From Raja brachyura (Eukaryota): a DNA stretch of 64,000 bases. The translations under genes were made by a program, and so were the position numbers. A model generated the notes under the pieces. The model had not been told where the DNA came from. It did not search any database and saw nothing but the letters and a program-made list of their open reading frames with translations. This document shows, piece by piece, positions 23,200 through 35,434 of the stretch. The stretch covers positions 94,736,001 through 94,800,000 of the forward strand of contig OY740784.1 in the NCBI GenBank assembly GCA_963514005.1, read 5' to 3'. Numbering within the stretch: position 1 is the first letter of the stretch; the number at the start of each line of letters is the position of its first letter.

Positions 23200-26105
23200 C
23201 CCTCCATACCCTTTTCATCCATATGCCTATCCAATTTATTTTTAAATGATACCAACGAACCTGCCGCCACTACTTCCACTGGAAGCTCATTCCACACCGC
23301 TACCACTCTCTGAGTAAAGAAGTTCCCCCTCATGTTACCCCTAAACTTCTGTCCTTAATTCTAAAGTCATGTCCTCTTGTTTGAATCTTCCCTATTCTCA
23401 AAGGGCAAAGCTTGTCCACATCAACTCTGTCTATCCCTCTCATCATTTTAAAGACCTCTATCAAGTCTCCCCTTAACCTTCTGCGCTCCAGAGAATAAAG
23501 ACCTAACTTATTCAACCTATCTCAGTAACTAAGCTGTTGAAACCCAGGCAACATTCTAGTAAATCTCCTCTGTACCCTCTCTATTTTGTTGACATCCTTC
23601 CTATAATTCGGCGACCAAAATTGTACACCATACTCCAGATTTGGTCTCACCAATGCCTTGTACAATTTTAACATTACATCCCAGCTTCTATACTCAATGC
23701 TCTGATTTATAAAGGCTAGCATACCAAAAGCTTTCTTTGCCACCCTATCTATATGAGATTTCACCTTCAAGGAACTATGCACGGTTATTCCCAGATCCCT
23801 CTGTTCAACTGTATTCTTCAATTCCCTACCATTTACCATGTACGTCCTATTTTGATTTGTCCTGCCAAGGTGTAGCACTTCACATTTATCAGTATTAAAC
23901 TCCATCTGCCATCTTTCAGCCCATTTTTCCAACTGGCCTAAATCACTCTGTAGACTTTGGAAATCCTCTTCATTATCCACAACACCCCCTATCTTGGTAT
24001 CATCTGCATACTTACTAATCCAATTTACCACCCCTTCATCCAGATCATTGATGTACATGACAAACAACAAAGGACCCAACACAGATCCCTGAGGCACCCC
24101 ACTAGTCACCTGCCTCCAACCCGACAAACAGCCATCCACCATTACCCTCTGGCTTCTCCCATTCAGCCACTGTTGAATCCATCTTGCTATTCCTGCATTT
24201 ATACCCAACAGTTGAACCTTCGTAACCAACCTTCCATGAGGAACCTTGTCAAAGGCCTTACTAAAGTCCATATAGACAACATCCACTGCTTTACCCTCGT
24301 CAATTTCCCTAGTAACCTCTTCAAAAAATTCAAGAAGATTAGTCAAACATGACCTTCCAGGCATAAATCCATGTTGACTGTTCCTAATTAGACCCTCTTT
24401 ATCCAGATGCTTATATATATTATCTCTTCCATTAATTAAAGTATATTTTCCATTAATTTGCCCACCACTGAAGTCAAACTAACCGGTCTATAATTGTAGG
24501 TTTACTCTTAGAACCCTTTTTAAACAATGGAACAACATGCGCAGTACGCCAATCCTCGGGGACTATTCCCGTTTCTAATGACATTTGAAATATTTCTGTC
24601 ATAGCCCCGGCTATTTCGACACTAACTTCCGTCAATGTCCTAGGGAATATCCTGTCAGGACCTGGAGACTTATCCACTTTTATATTTTTTCAAAAGTGTC
24701 AGTACTTCTTTTACTTTGAAACTAATAGTATCCATAGCGACTCTACTAGTTTCCCTTACCTCACATAATTCAAATCCTTCTCCTTGGTGAATACCGAAGA
24801 AAAGAAATTGTTCAATATCTCCCCCATCTCTTTTGGCTCTGCAGATAGCTGTCCACTCGGTCACTCCAATGGACCAATTTTATCCCTTGTTATCCTTTTG
24901 CTATTAATATAGCTGTAGAAACCCTTTGGATTTACTTTCACCTTACTTGCCAAAGCAACTTCATATCTTCTTTTAGCTTTTCTAATTTCTTTCTTAAGAT
25001 TCTTTTTACATTCCTTATACTCCTCAAGCACCTCATTTACTTCATGCTGCCTATAATTATTGTAGATCTCCCTCTTTTTCCGAACAAGATGTCCAATTTC
25101 CCTTGAAAACCAGGGCTCTTTCCAATTTTTACTGGTTCCTTTCAACCGAACAGGACATAAAGATTTTGTACTCTTAAAATTTCCCCTTTAAATGTCCTCC
25201 ATTTCTCTTCTACATCTTTCCCATAAAACAAAATGTCCCAGTTCACTCCTTTTAAATCATCTTGCATCTCATAAAAGTTAGCCTTTCTCCAATCAAAACT
25301 CTCAACCCTAGGCCCAGTTCTGTCCTTCTCCATAATTATATTGAAACTAATTGTATTGTGATCACTGGACCCGAAGTGCTCCCCAACGCATACCTCCGCC
25401 ACCTGTCCCGTCTCATTTCCTAACAGGAGGTCCAGCACTGCCCCTCCTCTAGTAGGCACCTCTATGTATTGCTGCAAAAAACTATCCTGCACACATTTTA
25501 CAAACTCCAAACCATCCAGCCCATTTACAGAATGTGTTTCCCAGTCTATGTGTGGAAAGTTGAAATCTCCCACAATCACTACCTTGTGCTTACTACTAAT
25601 ATCTGCTATCTCCTTACATATTTGCTCTTCCAAATCTCGTTCCCCATTTGGCGGTCTATAATATACCCCTGTAAGTGTTGCTACACCTTTCCCACTTCTA
25701 AGTTCCACCCAAATAGCCTCCCTAGATGAGCCCTCCAATCTATCCTGCCAAAGCACTGCTGTAATATCTTCCCCGACTAGCAATGCAACACCTCCACCTC
25801 TTGCCCCTCCAATTCTATCACACCTGAAGCAACAAAATCCTGGAATATTTAGTTTCCAATCACAGCCCTCCTGCAACCATGTTTCACTGATCGCCACAAC
25901 ATCATACTTCCAGGTGTCTATCCAGACTCTAAGCTCATCCACCTTTCTTACAATGCTCCTAGCATTAAAATATGCACATTTAAGAAACTCCCCATCTCTT
26001 ATTCTCTGTTTATTTCCTTTTTTTTCTTTCTCCTCTTGTGTCCGAGTGCTTCCCTTTTCTGCTTCCTGCCTCCGATCCTGTCTACTAGCTTTTGCTATTT
26101 GCATC
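23200..26105 (-). pseudogene. CR1 ORF2 (APE-RT), multiple frameshifts
   Basis: [54 protein letters not shown] across ORFs 25142-26305, 24861-25145, 24474-24677, 23522-24364, 23330-23515. Confidence 0.9.
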
Positions 26106-27057
26106 CCTCGCCCCAACCATTGTAGTTTAAAGTCTCCCCAGTGGCCTTTGCAAATTTCCCCGCCAGGATATTGGTCCCCCTCGGGTTCAAGTGCAACCCA
26201 TCCTTTCTGTACAGGTCCCACCTTCCCCAAAAGAAGTCCCAATGATCCAGAAACTTGAATCCCTGCCCTCTGCACCAGTCTTTCAGCCACGCATTTATCC
26301 TCCACCTTGCTCCATTTCTACTCTCACTGTCGCGTGGCACAGGCAGTAATCCTGAGATTGTTACCTTTTTGGTCCTTTTCCTCAACTCTCCTCCCAAGTC
26401 CTTAAATCCTCCCTTCAGGACCACTTCCCTTTTTTAACCTATGTCATTGGTACCTATATGTACCACGACCTCAGGCTCCTCTCCCTCTGATTTGAGGATA
26501 TCTTGGACATGTTGAGACACGTCCGAGACCTTGGCACCAGGGAGGCAGACCACCATCCTGGTCTCCCGACTGCGTCCACAGAATCGCCTATCTGACCCCC
26601 TAACAATAGAGTCCCCAATTACTATTGCCCTCCTCTTTTTTTCCCTACCTTTCGGAGCAACAGGGCCGGTCTCTGTGCTGAAGGCCCGTCCTCTGTTGCT
26701 ACCCCCGGGTAGGCTGTCACCCCCATCCATACTCAAACAGGAGTACTTATTTGCCAGGTGTACTGACATTGGAGTACTCACTCGTTCATGCCTCTGCCCC
26801 TTGCCCTTCCTTAGCGTGACCCACAAGTCCCTCTCCTGTGGTTTTGGAGTGACCACCTCCCTATAACTCTCCTCTATCACCTCTTCACTCTCGCTGACCA
26901 GACAGAGGTCATCGAGCTGATGCTCCAGGATCCTAATACGGTCCCTTAGGAGCCCCATCTCTCTGCACCTGATGCAGATGTGGACGTCAAGAGGGCCATC
27001 CGACACCATGACCTCCCACATCTGACATCCAGTACAGTACGCTGCTCTGACTGACAT
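26095..27057 (-). pseudogene. CR1 ORF1 (Zn-finger, coiled coil, SGNH/GDSL esterase), one in-frame stop at 26434-26436
   Basis: CTGC..HICIRC, LRDRIRILEHQL, GDSIVRG, HIGTND, DGLH. The two ORF pieces are in the same frame. Confidence 0.9.
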
Positions 27058-27191
27058 TCTCTCGCCTTACCCTGGATCCGATACCAGTATAATATAATAG
27101 AAACTGCTGTGAGGAATCAGCAGGTATCTGACTCAAACAGCTGCTCCCTCTTGACCTTTAACCTACACCTTTATTATACAAACCAAAAGCA

Positions 27192-27487
27192 CTGTACCTT
27201 TACTCACCCCCTGTACCTTTACTCACCCCCTGTACCTTTACTCACCCCCTGTACCTTTACTCACCCCCTGTACCTTTACTAACCCCCTGTACCTTTACTC
27301 ACCCACTGTACCTTTACTAACCCCCTGTACCTTTACTCACCCCCTGTACCTTTACTCACCCCCTGTACCTTTACTCACCCCCTGTACCTTTACTCACCCC
27401 CTGTACCTTTACTCACCCCCTGTACCTTTACTCACCCCCTGTACCTTTACTCACCCCCTGTACCTTTACTCACCCACTGTACCTTTA
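27192..27487 (-). repeat. 19-bp tandem minisatellite (ctgtacctttactcacccc, ~15.5 copies) in the CR1 5'UTR
   Basis: Near-identical head-to-tail units with no spacers. Confidence 0.95.
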
Positions 27488-27610
27488 ACCAGAAAGCAGA
27501 AATACTAACCAGAGGTTCCACCCAATCAGCTGCTTCCTCTAGTCTGCTTCCACCAATCAGCGGCTTCCACCAGAAACCTCCCTATTCAGTATGGAATGTT
27601 CTGGATTTCG

Positions 27611-27907
27611 GTAAAAACAAGCCCCTGACCCTCCTCCACTCGCTCCAACGGTCCCGGGCCTCTGTAAAAACAAGCCCCGCGCTGGATTTAACTACTCACC
27701 GCCCCTGACCCTCCTCCACTCGCTCCAACGGTCCTGGGCCTCTGTAAAAACAAGCCCCGCGCTGGATTTATCTACTCACCGCACCTGACCCTCCTCCACT
27801 CGCTCCAACGGTCCCGGGCCTCTGTGAAAAGCAAGCCCCGCGCTAGATTTATACTCACAGCGCAGGTAACTCCACCCTCTCTCTCCAACGGCTCCCCGGG
27901 CCTCTCC
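27611..27907 (-). repeat. ~80-bp 5'UTR monomer repeats of the CR1 (likely internal promoter)
   Basis: gtaaaaacaagcccc...ctccaacggtcccgggcctct recurring at 27611 (shortened), 27664, 27744 and 27824; CpG-rich. Confidence 0.85.
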
Positions 27908-28866
27908 TAATTACATTAGGAAGTGAGTATTTACCACCATGATATCAGACTAAGGTGCCTTAAAATGCATGGGACATTAACAAGAATTAGGAGAGGAAAT
28001 CCTCGGTCTGACAGCTCCCTATTATTTTAATGAGCTCTCTCACTCACTCAACCAAGACATTTTTACTGTGCATTGTTACCATGAAAATTGATAGGTTTAG
28101 ACTAATAAAAGAAGCGTAGGCACAAAGGGAAAAATGTGCTTATATTTTGAGTAATATCCTTCTCCTCTGTGACAATCATTAAGATTAGATCCAAATCAAG
28201 GTGTCCTCTATTCTTACTCCTTGAAGCTGTTTCCCTCAGTTTATGGTTCCGTAGGCAGTAATGACCCTTCAATATTTCACCAAAAAGCCATTCTTCATGT
28301 GTGAACCTAGATAATGAGTGTCAATGGAGCATTCAATCATCACAGTTAAGCCTGATCCTAGATTCCCCAGTGTCCACACAAGATCAGGGCCATAAGATTT
28401 CTTGCAGGAACAGAAGCAGGGGCACATTTATTTTATATTTATTTTGCTTCTGAGATAAGTGATCCTAAGTGTCAATTACAAGCCCTCCGAACTAGACCAC
28501 AAAGTGCATCTCCAGTTTATCTATTAAAAAAGTTGAACAAATTGTGAATGTGAATATTAAAAAAAAAATTAAAATATGAAATCTTCTAATTATTAATCAC
28601 CAACGAAAACACTTAAAAACTATAAAATACAGAAGCCGTGGATCATAATCACCTATTCCTCGGCCCACTCTTTGTCCTTCATCCACTGATTTCTGATGTA
28701 GCATAATGCAAATTGCAGCTCTTCCTAGCAGGTGAGGAGGAGGGTTTTCCCCCTCTTCTGAAAGCAGTGAATCACAATGATGATGGCTTCACTCTGTTCC
28801 CACTTGTCAGATAAGTATTAGACCTGTCAGGCGTTTTAAAGCTGAAATGAACCTTGTTTCTTCCAA

Positions 28867-29000
28867 TGTGTAGGAAGGAACCGCAGATGCTGGTTTAAAC
28901 CGAAGATAGACAAAAAAAGCTGGAGTAACTCAGCGGGACAGGCAGCATCTCTGGAGAGAAGGGATGGGTGATGTTTCACTTCAACATCCTTCTTCAGACC
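28867..29000 (-). mobile_element. Penelope-pLTR-derived short element
   Basis: gtgtaggaaggaaccgcagatgctgg...cttcttcagac; ends at the hammerhead CUGA. Confidence 0.75.
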
Positions 29001-29079
29001 TTGCAATTATTGGAACCCTGGCATTTTCAACAATTCTCCCTTCCTGTCCTACTTAAATCTCATTCGGAGATGATTTCAA

Positions 29080-29255
29080 AACAAAGAATGTTCAAAGAAC
29101 ATAGCAGGTCAGGCAGCATTTAGGGAAAGAGAAGTAGAGTTAACATTTCTTAAGTCTGATACATTCATTCTATTTCTCACATCACTGATGCTGCCTGACC
29201 TGCTAAATATTTCTAGCACTTTTGTTTTCATTTTAGATTTCTAGCAACTGCAGGG
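29080..29255. mobile_element. Older inverted pair of PLE pLTR halves
   Basis: agcaggtcaggcagcat versus atgctgcctgacctgct form an inverted repeat. Confidence 0.55.
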
Positions 29256-29339
29256 GTTTTTTTCCGGTCAGGTGTGAATGTGTGTGACTGGCTTTTATCT
29301 GCCCATGATGTCCACTAATAATTGTTGAGAGTTTCAAAG

Positions 29340-29646
29340 AGCACAGTGGTGTACTGGTAAAGTTGCTGCCTTACATCGCCACAGACTCAGGTTTGATCCT
29401 AACTACGGGTGCTGTGTGTACGGAGGTTGTACATTCTCCCTGTGACCATGTGGGTCATTTCCGGGTGCTCCATTTTCCTCCCACAATCCAAAGATTTACA
29501 GGTTTGTAGGTTAAGTGGATTTGGTAAAAAACATTGTAAATTGTCTCTAGTGTGCAGGATAGTGTGAGAATAAGGGGGTGATTGTTGGTCTGCACAGCAT
29601 CGGTGGACAAAAAGAGCTGTTTCTGTGCTGTATCTCTAAAGTCTAA
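29340..29646 (+). mobile_element. HE1-like V-SINE
   Basis: tRNA-like head, V-domain, ctgtatctctaaa tail. Confidence 0.8.
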
Positions 29647-29879
29647 TGCAGCTTAATCATCCCTTCCAATGTTTCCCCCCTTTTCTGTTTGAAACCTCTT
29701 GCATGATAATGTCCACAGACGATTGAGACATGACAATGACCAAAAACATCCACCCTGCTACTACATAACACAACCTCATAGAACATCAGCAACTTACACT
29801 GAAATATACCCTCCGCATTCTTTTTAAATATTCAAAAGCGTAATATCCAACTGGGAATAAAAGTAGAAAGGGATTTTTT

Positions 29880-30535
29880 TTTAAAACTGCCGATGCTGAA
29901 AATTTGAATTCAAAATGGCAGCAATTGTGGAAAGAAAAGCAAAGTCAATGCTGCAGGGGGAAAGGGGAAGAAAGTTATTTTAAAGAGAAAGTGGTTGGGA
30001 AGAGGAATAGGTAGAGCAAAAGAAAACGTGTGAAATGGCAAGGTTATCTTTGTCATGGAATCAAGTAATGGATGGTTGGTTATCTAACGGCAGTATTTCA
30101 GAGTGTTGATGCAACAAAGGAGTATAAAATGTTGAAAAATATAGGGTTGTTAGACTTTTCCAACAGATAAAATTGTTCATCGAGGTAGGAACCCTGATTC
30201 AATATAGTTTAGCAGAAGAGAATAAGAGAATCCGATTCAGACTGAGAAAATTATAGTCGGATACATCAAGCTATAGAATTCTACATCGAGTCCTGAATGT
30301 TGTAGCAAGTTCAGATGGAAAAGTGCTGTTCCTCAGGCTTGCATTCAGCGTCATTGTCACATTGCAGAAAGCCACAGACAGACAGGTCAGAACAGGAGTG
30401 AGATGGAGAATTAAAGTGGCAGATAAAAGAAAGCTCGGGATCATTACCTCGGACTGAAGCACGGCACTCTGCAAAACTGTCATCAAAGCTGCGTGTTTGG
30501 TTTCTCCATTGTGGGGGAATCCACATGAATCATGC
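29880..30535 (-). mobile_element. Old Penelope-like fragment (GIY-YIG C-terminus), resuming at ~31700-31790
   Basis: FNSPSHSCSDLSVCGFLQC..KPEEQHFSI. Confidence 0.6.
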
Positions 30536-30540
30536 TGAAG

Positions 30541-31549
30541 ATTACAGCACGGAAACAGGCCATCTCGGCCCTTCAAGTCCGTGCCGAACAACATTTTTCC
30601 CTTAGTCCCACCTGCCTGCACTCATACCATAACCCTCCATACCCTTCTCATCCATATGCCTATCCAATTTATTTTTAAATGATACCAACGAACCTGCCGC
30701 CACCACTTCCACTGGAAGCTCATTCCACACCGCTACCACTCTCTGAGTAAAGAAGCTCCCCCTCATGTTACCACTAAACTTCTGTCCCTTAATTCTAAAG
30801 TCATGTCCTCTTGTTTGAATCTTCCCTATTCTCAAAGGGAAAAGCTTGTCCACATCAACTCTGTCTATCCCTCTCATCATTTTAAAGACCTCTATCAAGT
30901 ACCCCCTTAACCTTCTGTGCTCCAGAGAATAAAGACCTAACTTATTCAACCTACCTCTGTAACTTAGCTGTTGAAACCCAGGCAACATTCTAGTAAATCT
31001 CCTCTGTACCCTCTCTATTTTGTTGACATCCTTCCTATAATTGGGCGACCAAAATTGTACACCATACTCCAGATTTGGTCTCACCAATGCCTTGTACAAT
31101 TTTAACATTACATCCCAGCTTCTATACTCAATGCTCTGATTTATAAAGGCGAGCATACCAAAAGCTTTCTTTACCACCCTATCTATATGAGATTCCACCT
31201 TCAAGGAACTATGCACGGTTATTCCCAGATCACTCTGTTCAACTGTATTCTTCAATTCCCTACCATTTACCATGTACGTCCTATTTTGATTTGGCCTGCC
31301 AAGGTGTAGTACCTCACATTTATCAGCATTAAACTCCATCTGCCATCTTTCAGCCCATTTTTCCAACTGGCCTAAATCACTCTGTAGACTTTGGAAATCC
31401 TCTTCATTATCCACAACACCCCCTATCTTGGTATCATCTGCATACTTACTAATCCAATTTACCACCCCTTCGTCCAGATCATTGATGTACATGACAAACA
31501 CAAAGGACCCAACACAGATCCCCGAGGCACCCCACTAGTCACCTGCCTC
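30541..31549 (-). mobile_element. 5'-truncated CR1, same family as 23092-27910
   Basis: 299-aa ORF from [12 protein letters not shown] to the C-terminus, near-identical to 23110-24113. Confidence 0.93.
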
Positions 31550-31698
31550 GTTTCCCTTACACCTGACTTTCAGTCTGAAGAAGGGTTGCGACCCGATACG
31601 TCACCCATTCTCTAGAGATGCTGCCTTTGCTGTTGGGTTACTCCAGCATTTTGTGTCTATCTTCGGTTTAAACCAGCTTCTTCAGTCCTATCCTACAC
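31550..31698 (+). mobile_element. PLE pLTR short element with mutated hammerhead (GAAA to GAUA)
   Basis: cagtctgaagaagggttgcgacccgatacgtcacc...cctacac. Confidence 0.7.
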
Positions 31699-32344
31699 AT
31701 ATCATAGTGCTGAATGCTGTAGATAGAAATAAGTGCATGTGAATTACCGATTTACCTAGAAGCACTGTTTGGGTCCCTCAATGGTAGTTCAGACCAAATA
31801 AACGTCTCATTTAACCTATTGGAAACGGCCATATAAAATTCTATTTGCACGATGGTTAATTCAATATGAAATAAAGAATTCTTAACACACCAATGTTACT
31901 GTGCTGTAAAACATGATTAATCTGTCTGGCTTGAGATAGATTGTACATTAACGTTATCATAAAATAATAAGACTCGCAGTGCAATTACACCAGAAGTGTC
32001 GCATAAAATAGGTCAAACAGCAGCTAAACCAAAGTCACCATCAAATATATATATTTGTGATCAAAGTCATAATCAAAAACAAAGTGGATTTATGTAGCAT
32101 TTCTTGTAACCTTAAGATGTCCTCGCGCACAATTCAAGCACTGAAATATTCTTCAAGTCTAGTCAAGTTAAGAAACATGACAATTAATAGTGCATAATTA
32201 CACCCCACTAAGAACAATGTGATCATGACTAGATAATGTTTTATAGTGAGTTTGATGAGGGATAAGTATGACCAAGAAATTGGAGGCAAGTCAACTGGTT
32301 TCTTTGCCATTGAGCATAGCGTTTTGAAGGTTCCCCAGTAATTA

Positions 32345-32569
32345 AGGGCCTGTCCCACTTGGCGATTTTGCCAGCGTCATATCAGTGTCGCCAAAAGATT
32401 TTGAACATTTCAAAATCCAGCGGGGGCAAAAAAACACCGCGCATCATACGTCATCACGCCGCATCACCGCCATGTCATACGTCATCACACCGTGTATTTT
32501 TCGTTGACCTGATACGTCAGACAATGATGCCGGCAATCGCCATAAAAATCACCAAGTGGGACATGCCCT
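32345..32569. mobile_element. Harbinger MITE, same family as 1412-1666
   Basis: AGGGCCTGTCCCACTT...AAGTGGGACATGCCCT, flanks TTA/TCA, interior alignable to 1412-1666. Confidence 0.85.
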
Positions 32570-33099
32570 TCAAGGTCATGAGAAAAAAGGCAACAACTTC
32601 AACACAATGGACTGAACTCTCTGCCTACATTTTGTACTCGTGTTTTTGGAACGGGTCATGAATCCACAAATTTCAGGCTTAGAAGCAATCAGATTACCTT
32701 TGACCTGTGTGTGACATCGCCCCATAACATGTACAATTGACAAGGGCTTAAGTGTGAGCCACCATCACTTGAGTACTGTGACTTTGACCTAGTGTGTTTA
32801 TTGAATATAAATCTTATACGCACTGGAGGAAAGAAAAAGTGGGCTCATTTCACAATTAAAAGCATTTACAATGAAGAACCAGCAGATAGAATGAAAAGTG
32901 TGCAGTTCCTCTTGATTCACGGGATGAGTGAAGTTGATGTAGGTGTGGCAATATGGATGAAAGCATTTGTCACAAGAACAGATTGAGTGTGTTACTGTAC
33001 GCTTATCAGCTTGGACATTGCCAGCAATACTGAGTGACTCCTCTGTGGTAATAGGCATACGGTTCTTATTTGTGCTACCTTACCATTTGCCTGTGACCT

Positions 33100-33417
33100 C
33101 AGAGAGTCATACAGCACAGAAACAGGCCCTTCAGCTAACTGAGTCCTGGCTGACTATGAAGCACAATTTTTTTTACCAATCCTACTCCGAGCAATTTTCC
33201 CATCAACTCCCCCTCACAATCATTCACCCTCACAGTTGGGGTAATTTACAGTTAACCACTGAAGCTACCAATATACAGATTTGTTGATGTACAATCTTGA
33301 AAATATGCACAATCACAGGGGGAATGTGCAAACTCCACACAGACAACGCCAGAGGTCAGAACTGATCCTGATACTCTGCAGCTGAGAGGCAGCAGCTCAT
33401 CCAGCTGTGCCACTGTG
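33100..33417 (-). mobile_element. V-SINE (older)
   Basis: gggaatgtgcaaactccacacagac V-domain; CR1-like tail. Confidence 0.7.
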
Positions 33418-35144
33418 TTTTCCCATCTGCATTCCTTCTGTGTCACGATAAGGCTGCTGAAATTTTTTTACAAGAATAAATGGTTGCAGTGTTTGATTCA
33501 TTCTAGTTTGCTTCTGGTCTTTAATTAGGAATTCTCAACGCCCCAAAATAAAATAGATAAAAAATAAGAAAACCTCTAACATGATCTTGCAGTCAGGATT
33601 TCAAACTGCTTTCCACAGCTGGATTAGTATTAGGGGGGATTTCAATTGAACATATGATATACTGGCTTTGACCCACCCTATTCCCACAAGCTATAATTAT
33701 TCACAACACAGTGCAGTTAAAGGCAGGTGGGGATTATGAAATATTTAAATTCTTATGCTCCAATAATATTTTGACCTATTTTAAAGATACGAGGGGTCCA
33801 CACTGTCCTTATGCTGGCAATTTTGCCAGGGGTGCACATCAGATAGAGGAGAAGGAGGTGAGAGTTGCAAAGTGTTACCACTGGGTCATTTTGAACAGGT
33901 GCTCTGTTTCAATAGACAATAGGTGCATGAGTAGGCCATTCGGCCCTTCAAGTGATTCACCATTCAATGTGATCATGGCTGATCATCCACAATCAGTACC
34001 CCGTTCCTGCCTACCCCGTTCCTATCCCAAGGTCTCACGTGAGACCATCGGCTGGTGGGGAGCTCTGATCTCACCGTGATCTTTCCTCCTCTCCTCCCCA
34101 CTGTCCCGCTTCCAATCCCCTCCTGAAATTGACTGAGCTTCTTCTTCCAATGGGCTTCCGAGGACATTCAACACCCTCCCACAGCTTCCAGCCCTAAATC
34201 CTGTCTCTTCTGAGGATGAAGCTCTCACATCCCTGGGGCTTTTTGGAGTTTATATGCGTCTTTTCTGCTGACACATTCTAAGATTTAGGGCTTTTGCTAA
34301 GGGCTGCAAAGAAGTTTAATACAGCTGCTGCAAAGGCTTGTGGATAAGGCTACCACATGACAGTGAGGGACTGGGATCCATGCAGTCACCTCAAACCTTT
34401 GATGGAATGCCTGGGTATGAAACATTAGTTACGTGCTGAACATCTGTAATAGATGAATAGCAAAGGTTGCAAAGTCAATGATGTGTCCTGATAGTACAGC
34501 AGCATATTTTTCTGAATAATGGATAATTTCGGAAAAGTAAATTATTCTAATGCATAATGTCTTGGGAAACTGCATTTGAATTTGGTGGCCTTGCACTCTA
34601 CTTTAAATGGAATTTCAAGTAATAGCCATGAGTCAACTGCCAGCCCCCTCCACTGGCCACCAATATTGGAATTGGTGGAGAGGTGGAACATTGCATTGGG
34701 GGACCAGCCCTCCCAGGTGAAGATTGATCCCACAGGTCCCACTTAGTCTAGTAATATATGGAGTTAACCCATTTCACAGAAGTAAACGGATTGCAGAAAT
34801 ACTATTTTCTGGATGGAGAGTATACTTACATAGTCAAATAATGTGGAAAACTTCTTGTAAGGGAGTGCCTGAACAGCACTGCAGTGAGGATGTTTGATTG
34901 ATTCCTGCTTATTATTCTGGTGCCACTGAGTTGTTTACAAGGCTGGTAAAATGTTACCAGATTTGGTCTGCCTGTGTCCAGGAAGAGGTAAACTCAGTCA
35001 GAGTGGTTTACATCAGAGGTGTGACTGACACTGTGAGCACCTCGCTGAAACCAACTTAAAAGTAATTGTGAATCCCTACTGTTATAGAGGGATAAATATA
35101 TTCCACAGTGACACACAAAGTAGAAGGCTGTGGGCACCTGCAAT

Positions 35145-35430
35145 CATTGTCATACAGCACAGCAACAGGATCTTTGACCCAACATGTCTATGCCGACCAT
35201 CAAGCACACATTTAAACTAATCCCTTTTTATTCTCCCCACACTCCTAGCAACTCATTTCAGATTTTACCACACATCTGCACACGAGGGGAAATTTATGTT
35301 GGCCAATTAACCTACACATCTTTGGGGTGTGGGAGGGAATCCACACCGTCACGTTGAGAACGTACAACCTCTATACAGAGAGCATCCAAGTTCAGGAGCT
35401 TTGAGGCAGCAGCTCTACCAGCTGCACTAC
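35145..35430 (-). mobile_element. V-SINE (older)
   Basis: tttggggtgtgggagggaatcc V-domain, gaggcagcagctctacc head. Confidence 0.65.
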
Positions 35431-35434
35431 TTTC

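Larger units (their letters stand above)
23092..27910 (-). mobile_element. Full-length CR1 LINE (second family): repeat 5'UTR, ORF1, ORF2, (gttatatg)n tail
   Basis: Continuous ORF1 and ORF2 fragments; tail ataaccatataac at 23094-23106; GC-rich monomer 5' end. Confidence 0.93.

Noticed and set aside
27192-27487. CRISPR-like array
   Set aside because: Units are contiguous with no unique spacers, there are no cas genes, and the context is a eukaryotic LINE 5'UTR.
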